Program-made: the position numbers and the translations under genes
Shown: piece after piece, positions 21,776-28,649 of the stretch
Layout of the letters: every line of letters begins with the position of its first letter
How positions within the stretch are numbered: position 1 is the stretch's first letter
Source of the DNA: Fibrobacterales bacterium
GTDB lineage: Bacteria; Fibrobacterota; Fibrobacteria; Fibrobacterales; JAOPTW01
Assembly: GCA_051532035.1 (NCBI GenBank)
Contig: JAOPTW010000053.1
Location: forward strand, 1-28,649
Length of the DNA stretch: 28,649 nt
Reading direction: 5' to 3'
Notes under the pieces: generated by a model
What the model saw: only the letters and a program-made list of their open reading frames with translations
Databases searched by the model: none
Told to the model about the DNA's origin: nothing

Positions 21776-22684
21776 TTATTCTCCAGGATTTTTTACTAAC
21801 GGATTTGCATTACCATTAATTATGTGGTCAATAAAAATATCACGAAATTTCTTATTTGGACCCTGCCAGCGCTCTATAACGTTAAGGTGTTTATATAAAA
21901 CTTTCTGAGTAAGGAGCGGTTCAATCGCTTTCATCAACGTTTTCCCAAAGGGAGTATTAGAGGTATGGACATGCATACGACTATAACGATCCATCTCTTC
22001 AATGTTGTAATACTGGTATCTATTTTCAATACCTTTTGTTTCTGCATCGTAAGTTGACTGTTGCTGAAAGCCTAAAAAACAATCGACCCGTCCCAAATCG
22101 AGCATTTCAAGATTAAATTCCACCCTACTGCTACCCGTGCTGATATACAGACGGGGTGTTTTTCGATATTTATCTATGAGAGCATGAAGCTTTTTTGAAT
22201 AGGTAAGTTTATTGAGATACCCTAATGTGAGTTTTGTAGAATCCATTAATTTGGTAAGTGAAAGAGTCGTTCCTGGCTTTCCAAAAAGATGTTGTTTAGA
22301 TTTAAGTATTTGGATACCTAGGGGGGCAACCAGCGAAGTAGGTTTACTATAGATTCGTATGTCCTCACTCCCCGGTACAATCCATGCCCAGGCAACACAC
22401 ACCTTTTCCTGCTTTATAACCTCAAAATACCGTGCAGCATTTGCGGATATTTCTACGTGCTCATACTGGGGGAGTCCGTCCTGTAGGGTTTTCATGAAAG
22501 TATCGGCTATGCCCTGATCTTTAAATTTACCATGAAAGATAAAATTCGGAATTTGCTCCCATTTTAACCAAATAACAGTATCCTTGACGGGTGTTATTTG
22601 CTTTTCACGTTTAATACTGTCAGAACTTACACTGAATTTAGGCAGTATAAGAAGTATCAAAACTAAAAGAAATAGTGTTCTCAT
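21776..22684 (-). CDS. Periplasmic solute-binding-like protein (family 3 fold, TIGR02285-like)
   Basis: Signal peptide MRTLFLLVLILLILP. Motifs VIWLKWEQIPNFIFHG..QGIAD..LPQYEH..NAAR..YSKP, LGY..TYS..L and EMLDLGRVDCFLG resemble TIGR02285 / SBP_bac_3 proteins. Confidence 0.72.
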   Translation of the reverse strand: MRTLFLLVLILLILPKFSVSSDSIKREKQITPVKDTVIWLKWEQIPNFIFHGKFKDQGIADTFMKTLQDGLPQYEHVEISANAARYFEVIKQEKVCVAWAWIVPGSEDIRIYSKPTSLVAPLGIQILKSKQHLFGKPGTTLSLTKLMDSTKLTLGYLNKLTYSKKLHALIDKYRKTPRLYISTGSSRVEFNLEMLDLGRVDCFLGFQQQSTYDAETKGIENRYQYYNIEEMDRYSRMHVHTSNTPFGKTLMKAIEPLLTQKVLYKHLNVIERWQGPNKKFRDIFIDHIINGNANPLVKNPGE

Positions 22685-22928
22685 AGCATCACGAAAAAAA
22701 GTGGTCTAACCAATTATACCATATTTCCTTGGAAAAGGAAATATCCCCAAAGGATATCCTTTTAGGTAAACGAATAATAATTATGACCACAGTGATTTTT
22801 TACATTACACATAGACGCTGATAACTAAAAAATTATACCGTAGCTCATGTAATGCCTAAAATGACTCAAAATAGCCTATTATGTTAACTAAAAGGTTAAC
22901 ACTTCATTAGAGGGGGTGGTGATAGTGA

Positions 22929-22959
22929 TTTGATATACGGGTGGGCGTAGGTATATTTA
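22929..22959 (+). promoter_or_regulatory. Putative FCB-type sigma70 promoter (-33/-7) for the TIGR02147 operon
   Basis: TTTG (22929-22932), a 19-nt spacer, then TATATTTA (22952-22959). This matches the Bacteroidota consensus TTTG-N19-21-TAnnTTTG except at the last base and ends 4 nt before ATG 22964. Confidence 0.45.
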
Positions 22960-22963
22960 TACC

Positions 22964-23782
22964 ATGATTTCACTCTTTGACTACAACGATTACCGCGAAT
23001 ATCTTCGAGATTTTTATTCTGATAAAAAGAGTAAAAATGGATATATCTCCTATCGGATGATGGGGGGTAGTCTTGATGTTGCAGGTCCGTATCTCATAAA
23101 ATTATTTAAGTTACAGGGGCATTTAAAAGATGAAGCGGCTTCTAAAATAGTTGCCCTGTGTAAACTTAAAGGGAAAGAGGCTGACTATATGGAGGCACTC
23201 TTTCATTTTAGCAAGGCAAAAAAAGAAGTTGACATAGAGCGTTGGTATGAAGCGATGCAGATGATTCGCGGTGTTGATGCATTGACTTTGAAAACGGGAC
23301 AATATGAATTTTATTCAAAATGGTATTATTCTGCTGTGTGGGCCTTGTTACGAATAAAAGGTATGGGTTCCCTTAAAAAGATCGGAGGCATATTTACTCC
23401 CAAGATTTCTGATACAGAGGTAAAGGAGTCTCTTTCTCTGTTACAAACCTTGAACTTAATCACTGACACCGATGGCGAATGGGAAACAACTGCCCAGCAT
23501 TTAGTTGCAGGTGATCTCAAAAAAGGGGTCATTAAAAAATATCATGCTTCTATGATTGAACTCGGTAAAGAGTCGGTACAGCGCTTCTCGGGAGAAGAAC
23601 GTACGGTGCGTGGTATTACGCTTGCTATTGATGATGAGTGTTACCGTGATATCCAAGAAATCCTAGATGATACCTTTAAAAAAATTAGAGCACGGGTCAA
23701 TGATGTTGAAGATGCTAACCGAGTAGTACAGGCAAACATTCAATTGTTTCCCCTTACACAGGATATTACTAACCATGATTAA
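22964..23782 (+). CDS. TIGR02147 / DUF4423 family protein (putative HTH-containing regulator)
   Basis: Characteristic N-terminus LFDYNDYREYLRDFY..K..SYR, central QYEFYSKWYYSAV, KKYHASMIELG and C-terminal VQANIQLFPL. Length 272 aa is typical of the family. Confidence 0.88.
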   Translation: MISLFDYNDYREYLRDFYSDKKSKNGYISYRMMGGSLDVAGPYLIKLFKLQGHLKDEAASKIVALCKLKGKEADYMEALFHFSKAKKEVDIERWYEAMQMIRGVDALTLKTGQYEFYSKWYYSAVWALLRIKGMGSLKKIGGIFTPKISDTEVKESLSLLQTLNLITDTDGEWETTAQHLVAGDLKKGVIKKYHASMIELGKESVQRFSGEERTVRGITLAIDDECYRDIQEILDDTFKKIRARVNDVEDANRVVQANIQLFPLTQDITNHD

Positions 23783-25142
23783 CCTTATACAGTCTCTGGC
23801 TTTGTTCCTATTACTTATGGGGTGTTCTCTTGATGAATCACTTTCAGAGGGTGGTTCTACCGAAGTGGGGAACCCAGAATTAGCAGAAGAGTATATACAG
23901 GGAACAATAGTGACCGATTCTGGTGTGCCAGTAGTTTCAAAAGTAAGTATCGTTTCGGAAGGCTATTCTCTATTAGACACTCAGCAGGTACCGTACTATA
24001 CAACTACATCATCGACAGGAGCCTTCTCTATACCAAAAAGTGTAGGACTGAACCAGGGGCGATATACCCTGCAGGCGGTTGATACCATAAGTGGCAAACA
24101 GTTCATTACACAGGGACTGGTTATTTCTGACACTGCAGTTGTTACGATTAACGGTAAACTCATGAGTCCGGGTTTTATCATTCTTAACGGTGAACAGTTC
24201 AGGCGGGGAGCCCTCTATATTCCTGGTACGACCTATGGTGTAACTACCGACTCATCTACCCCTAAGGGTGTTAGTCTTGCTGTTGCAGCAGGAGAGTATG
24301 CGGGTATTAGATGGTATGATGAAGATTTAGATAGAGACACTCTAGTCTTACATTCCCTTTTAATTGAAGAAGGTAACGATTACAGTGTGGACCTTCCTAA
24401 ATATGGGACATCGAGTGATACTTTAGAGACGGCTGATCCTGATTCTCTAGAGGCACTTGACCCTGATACGATTAATGATATTCCTCCTGTAGAGGACACC
24501 ACCACTCATGTATTAGTGATTATAGAAGAGGCGGAGCGAGACGCACAATTAGATCAACCCTTTTTAGATATCCTTGATTCACTTTCTATTCAGGTTACTA
24601 TCATTGGAAGTGATGCGGTCCCTTTGGATTCTCTTCTTGCTGATATTGATGCTATTATTGCCCTGCCTACAGCACTATCAACGGTACTCGGTACTCGGTA
24701 TACTGCCATCGAAAAACCAATACTTGTTATGGAACCGTGGCTCCAGCCATTAATGGGTATGACCGGTGATAGGCTTGATATAGACTATAGTGTTGGATTG
24801 CCCATGAGTGAAGAGAAAGGAGTACGGGTAAAAGAGCCTATTCAGACGAACCTTCTTTCTGATTTAGTTTCAGAGGTCACGTTATTTACTGAAAATCAAA
24901 CGATGAGTTTTGGGATGCCAAGTGCAAGTGCAACGGTGGTACTTATCCATGGGGGCAGTGCTCCAAAAGTACTTTATTACTATTACTCTAAGGGAGATGC
25001 TATGCAAGGCAGTGATGCTCCTGAATTGAGGATGGCACTTTTGTTGAATGAAACGAAGGTTCCTTTTTTAACGAGTGAAGGGTATACCCTTTTTAAAAAC
25101 GCAGTTTCTTTTTTAGTTACACACAACAGTGAGGCACAATGA
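23775..25142 (+). CDS. Lipoprotein with GGSTEVGN motif, beta-sandwich (carboxypeptidase-regulatory-like) N-region and an uncharacterised alpha/beta C-terminal domain
   Basis: Lipobox LMG-C followed by SEGGSTEVGNP. IQGTIV..TTTSSTGAFSI..GRYTL beta-sandwich pattern and an acidic linker. Overlaps the upstream stop by 8 nt (ATGATTAA). Confidence 0.8.
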   Translation: MINLIQSLALFLLLMGCSLDESLSEGGSTEVGNPELAEEYIQGTIVTDSGVPVVSKVSIVSEGYSLLDTQQVPYYTTTSSTGAFSIPKSVGLNQGRYTLQAVDTISGKQFITQGLVISDTAVVTINGKLMSPGFIILNGEQFRRGALYIPGTTYGVTTDSSTPKGVSLAVAAGEYAGIRWYDEDLDRDTLVLHSLLIEEGNDYSVDLPKYGTSSDTLETADPDSLEALDPDTINDIPPVEDTTTHVLVIIEEAERDAQLDQPFLDILDSLSIQVTIIGSDAVPLDSLLADIDAIIALPTALSTVLGTRYTAIEKPILVMEPWLQPLMGMTGDRLDIDYSVGLPMSEEKGVRVKEPIQTNLLSDLVSEVTLFTENQTMSFGMPSASATVVLIHGGSAPKVLYYYYSKGDAMQGSDAPELRMALLLNETKVPFLTSEGYTLFKNAVSFLVTHNSEAQ

Positions 25143-27919
25143 ATATACTAGGTGATGGAATCCGAGGGTTAAGCAGTATTCTTTTTATGGTGAGTATGAG
25201 TGCGCACTTGTCATGGGCAGGGGTGGTCTCACCAAACCCCATGCAGTGGCATAAAACAACGGTGACCTTTCAAGGTCCGAGCGTATCTGAGTCAGGAACT
25301 GTTAACCCCTTTCGTGACTATCGCCTTGATGTAACTTTTACGGGACCTTCTCAACAAGAGTATGTGGTTCCCGGTTTTTATGCTGCTGATGGTGATGCGG
25401 GGAAGAGTGGTGCACAATCTGGTGCAGTATGGCAGGTTAACTTTACCCCAGATGAACCCGGCGAGTGGTCCTATGGGGTAACTTTTTTAAAGGGCTCGGA
25501 TGTTGCTTTAGGAAAGGCAGGAACCCCTGGCAAGTTTTTTAATTTAGAGACGGGCACCTTTTCTGTCGCGATCACTGATAAAAAAAGTGGTGGCATTGAC
25601 TTTAGAGGCAAGGGCAAGCTGGTGTATACGGGTGATCATCACCTCAAATTTGCAGGGAGTAACACTGCTTTTATGAAAGCTGGTGCCAATAGCCCCGAGG
25701 TATTTTTAGAATATAAGGATTTTGATAATACATCGAGTAGTCGAGCGTACGCTGACCATGTGAAGGATTGGAAAACTGGAGACCCTACTTGGGGCACCGG
25801 TAAGGGTAAAGGAATCATTGGAGCAATAAATTACCTCTCTTCACTGGGAGTAAATGCACTTTATTTTTTGACCATGAATCATGAAGGGGATGGAGGGGAT
25901 GCTTGGCCGTGGATTTCGACCAATAAGGTGGATCGCTACGACTGTTCTAAGTTAGCACAGTGGGATATGGTTTTTGAGCATATGGACCGCATGGGACTTA
26001 TGATACATTTTGTACTCACCGAAACAGAGAACGAAGCATTCTTTGAAATAAAAGAGAGTGGCGACCGGTCAGGCTTTGCGGACCTCCGTAAGCTCTACTA
26101 TCGGGAAATGGTGGCTCGATTTGGCTATCACTTGGCTATTACCTGGAACGTGGGTGAAGAAAATGGCTGGGATGAAGGGAGTGGGTATCATCAGCCTAAT
26201 AGTGACTCCCAAAGAAAACTATTTTCAACCTATCTCAGAGGTCTTACCTATTACAATGATCATATTGTGGTACATAATGGACCCTCAACTGATGATCATA
26301 TATTGCCACCACTCTATGGACACAGCGCTTTTACCGGGCCGTCACTCCAATGGAATTATGATGCGGATATCCATGCTGAGACCCTTAAATTACGTAACGG
26401 CTCGATAGCAGCAGGCCATCCATGGGTGGTTAGTATCGATGAACCATGGACGAGTCCAGTCAAAAACGACCTGACGACATGGAGAAAGGGAATTGTTTGG
26501 GGCAACATCATGGCAGGTGGTGCGGGGGCAGAACTCTACATAGGTGGTGGCGTTGATATTACTGAACAAAATTATCGTAATTATCAAGAGTACTACACTA
26601 TTGCCTCTATTGCCGCACAGTTTATGATGGATCATGTTGGCTTTGATGTCATGAAACCTGGTGACTCGTTTATTAATAATGGATGGGCACTAAAGAAAAA
26701 GGGGCAGGAATACCTTCTCTATTTACCTAATGGTGGCTCTCCTTCGGTAACACTACCTGCAGGCACCTATACGATACGGTGGTTTAATCCACGGATTGGA
26801 GGGGCTTTACAAAAGGGTTCGAAAACTCAAATAGCGGGGGGGAGTGCACAGTCCATTGGTGCTGCACCTGCAACAACTGGCCAGGATTGGGTGGTGCGTA
26901 TTAGATTGAAGGTCACCCCTGAAATGAGTTCTTCAGAATCAACTGAATCTTCGGAAATAGAAGTTGTTTCGGATGGTGCGTATAAGGAAGAAGGAGGACT
27001 CGTAGTGATCGAAGCAGAGTCTGCTCAACTTTCGGGTAAATGGCAACAGGAGTCTGCATTAGCAGGGTATACAGGCGAGGGGTATATTGTGTATCGCACC
27101 GATGCAACTAATTTTGACCCCAGCTTAGAAAGTGCTCAAGTTACCTACCCCTTTTATATTAGTACCCCTGGAGAGTATCGAATAAAAATCAGAAACTATA
27201 TCCCCAATGATGATATGACCGAAATGAATGATATGTTTTTGAAGGTTGATGGTAACACGAGCTGGAAGTCATTCTCGCATACCACTTGGGCTTGGAACTG
27301 GGAGTTCATGCATGATGATGGTGACGAGAACTTCTTTGAACCCGATTACTCTTTTACTGAGGGAGAGCATCAGCTGACGATTATCGGACGTTCAGATGGT
27401 TTTGCTCTGGATAGAATTCAAATATATCAGACTGATAGCTATACGCCCCAAGAGGACCTACCGGTGTCATTACGAGTAGATGCAGAAGAAACGAATGTGA
27501 GCAGTAGTGATACTAATGAAAATGGTGTGTCATCGAGCAGTAGTGATACTAATGAAAATACTTTGTCATCAATGAGCGGTGTAACTGATCCTACCGTGTC
27601 ATCGAGTACTATTGAGAACTTTGTAAGTTCATCAGATACATTTGATGAAAATGGTGGAGAGAGCACAGCCGATATACAAGAGATTACCGCATCGTCCATA
27701 ACTGATTGGCTCTCAGGAAGAACTTATTTAACCAATAGTATAGCGACGTTGAGAATTGTGGATGTTACAGGGAAAGTACAGGGTGGGAGTGCCACTACAG
27801 AAAATGTACTTTCTGAATCGGCTTCAAGGCGATTAGCCTCACTCTCTCCAGGTATCTACTTTATACAGGTAACCACCCATAAAGGGGCTGTTGTGTTGCT
27901 GCCTTATTCGCACCGTTAA
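25139..27919 (+). CDS. Secreted DUF5060-type putative glycoside hydrolase (Ig-like N-domain, TIM barrel, beta-domain, CBM/GH115_C-like module, Ser-rich linkers, sorting-like C-terminus)
   Basis: Signal peptide ending LSWA. DUF5060 motif NPFRDYRLDVTFTGP..VPGFYAADG..WQVNFTPDEPGEWSY. Barrel motifs WNVGEENG and VSIDEP. YTIRWFNPRIGG 'collagen-binding-like' domain, EEGGLVVIEAES..DGFALDRI jelly-roll, C-terminal LSPGIYFIQV. ATGA overlap with the upstream gene and a GAGG RBS. Confidence 0.82.
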   Translation: MNILGDGIRGLSSILFMVSMSAHLSWAGVVSPNPMQWHKTTVTFQGPSVSESGTVNPFRDYRLDVTFTGPSQQEYVVPGFYAADGDAGKSGAQSGAVWQVNFTPDEPGEWSYGVTFLKGSDVALGKAGTPGKFFNLETGTFSVAITDKKSGGIDFRGKGKLVYTGDHHLKFAGSNTAFMKAGANSPEVFLEYKDFDNTSSSRAYADHVKDWKTGDPTWGTGKGKGIIGAINYLSSLGVNALYFLTMNHEGDGGDAWPWISTNKVDRYDCSKLAQWDMVFEHMDRMGLMIHFVLTETENEAFFEIKESGDRSGFADLRKLYYREMVARFGYHLAITWNVGEENGWDEGSGYHQPNSDSQRKLFSTYLRGLTYYNDHIVVHNGPSTDDHILPPLYGHSAFTGPSLQWNYDADIHAETLKLRNGSIAAGHPWVVSIDEPWTSPVKNDLTTWRKGIVWGNIMAGGAGAELYIGGGVDITEQNYRNYQEYYTIASIAAQFMMDHVGFDVMKPGDSFINNGWALKKKGQEYLLYLPNGGSPSVTLPAGTYTIRWFNPRIGGALQKGSKTQIAGGSAQSIGAAPATTGQDWVVRIRLKVTPEMSSSESTESSEIEVVSDGAYKEEGGLVVIEAESAQLSGKWQQESALAGYTGEGYIVYRTDATNFDPSLESAQVTYPFYISTPGEYRIKIRNYIPNDDMTEMNDMFLKVDGNTSWKSFSHTTWAWNWEFMHDDGDENFFEPDYSFTEGEHQLTIIGRSDGFALDRIQIYQTDSYTPQEDLPVSLRVDAEETNVSSSDTNENGVSSSSSDTNENTLSSMSGVTDPTVSSSTIENFVSSSDTFDENGGESTADIQEITASSITDWLSGRTYLTNSIATLRIVDVTGKVQGGSATTENVLSESASRRLASLSPGIYFIQVTTHKGAVVLLPYSHR
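27499..27559 (+). repeat. Two exact 25-bp direct repeats at a 36-bp period in the Ser-rich linker
   Basis: GAGCAGTAGTGATACTAATGAAAAT at 27499-27523 and 27535-27559, encoding SSSDTNEN. A degenerate third copy (SSSDTFDEN) lies near 27625-27651. Confidence 0.9.
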
Positions 27920-27965
27920 GTATTCAACTCCCGAGAAGGCAGGAAGGTAACTATAGCCCCAAATG

Positions 27966-28012
27966 ATCCACTAAATACCTGAAATTTAGCTAGACTTAGG
28001 TATTTATTGGGT
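27966..28012. other. Intergenic inverted repeat (terminator, RNA hairpin or operator)
   Basis: CCACTAAATACCT (27968-27980) and AGGTATTTATTGG (27998-28010) are complementary at 12 of 13 positions. The interior AAATTTAGCTAGACTT is near-palindromic. Confidence 0.6.
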
Positions 28013-28018
28013 GCGGTT

Positions 28019-28649
28019 ATGGTACATTTTTTTCGTAATATGGTGATTCTCTTATTGACTCTTTTTCTATCGACATCTTTTTCAGAAGATTCTGAATTGG
28101 AAGTTGGCGTTTCTATTTATCCTATACCAATTGTTTTTAATTCTTATTATGGCAATATAAACTGTAAGATTAATAAAAAATATAAGGTAAATCTTGTTGT
28201 TCTTTCTAATCAGATTCACCATCAGCTTGAAGATAATAGTGATGATCGCACAGAGTCATCAACGAAGGAACTGGGGTATTCCATTGCTGGGGGTATGTAT
28301 GTATCAGAAAGGGTGCCATTCTATATTGGGGCGGCCTATGCTTCTTCTACTCTTCCTGCACATGCGGTGAATTCTGATTTTGAGGGCGTTGGTAGAATAG
28401 ACTATTCTTCTCTTGGTTTAATTACAGGCTTTGATGTTACCATTGGGAGATTTTTTGCAAATATCGGGGTTGGTTTTTTTAGTATCATTAATAAGACTGG
28501 TGACTTTGAGGAGAGTACATCCCTAGACCTTAACTTAGATCCAGATAATGATCGAACCGAAGAGTTTAAAGAAGCACTTGATAATTCCTTTGAAATTATT
28601 GACTTTGTTATTGCGAGTACATACCCCTTTGTAGGACTTGATTTAGATT
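28019..28649 (+). CDS. Exported protein, probable small outer-membrane beta-barrel; 3'-truncated and absent from the ORF track
   Basis: My manual translation is open to the window end: MVHFFRNMVILLLTLFLSTSFSEDSELEVGVSIYP..LGYSIAGGMYV..FYIGAAY..LGLITGFDVTIGRFFANIGVGF..YPFVGLDLD. It has a signal peptide and alternating Gly/aromatic strands. Confidence 0.75.
   Translation, partial: MVHFFRNMVILLLTLFLSTSFSEDSELEVGVSIYPIPIVFNSYYGNINCKINKKYKVNLVVLSNQIHHQLEDNSDDRTESSTKELGYSIAGGMYVSERVPFYIGAAYASSTLPAHAVNSDFEGVGRIDYSSLGLITGFDVTIGRFFANIGVGFFSIINKTGDFEESTSLDLNLDPDNDRTEEFKEALDNSFEIIDFVIASTYPFVGLDLD

Noticed and set aside
27499..27559. Direct repeats as a mini-CRISPR array
   Set aside because: Only two copies with an 11-bp spacer, in frame within a coding linker, and no cas genes.

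Overview
AT-rich bacterial accessory region, most likely from a Fibrobacterota-like diderm (inferred from a TIGR02147-type gene, Ser-rich linkers and a 'GSTEVGN' lipoprotein). It has four blocks. (1) 3-13739 (+): a tightly coupled operon of three paralogous hybrid histidine kinases with different sensor N-termini and a shared, equal-length HisKA-HATPase-REC-REC-HPt core, ending in one REC-class III adenylate cyclase. (2) 13859-22684 (-): a solute-binding-like protein, a TonB-dependent receptor, a hybrid kinase whose YfiR/DUF4154-like domain sits on a ~160-residue periplasmic coiled-coil stalk, and a cadherin/Ig-domain lipoprotein. (3) 22964-27919 (+): an overlapping TIGR02147-family gene, lipoprotein and secreted DUF5060-type putative glycoside hydrolase. 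(4) 28019-end (+): a 3'-truncated probable outer-membrane beta-barrel missed by the ORF track. I saw no RNA genes, mobile elements or CRISPR arrays. The best candidates for undescribed systems are the TBDR / stalked-YfiR kinase trans-envelope module, the three-kinase fan-in onto a cAMP synthase, and the TIGR02147-lipoprotein-hydrolase unit. All family assignments come from motif recognition by eye, not from database searches.
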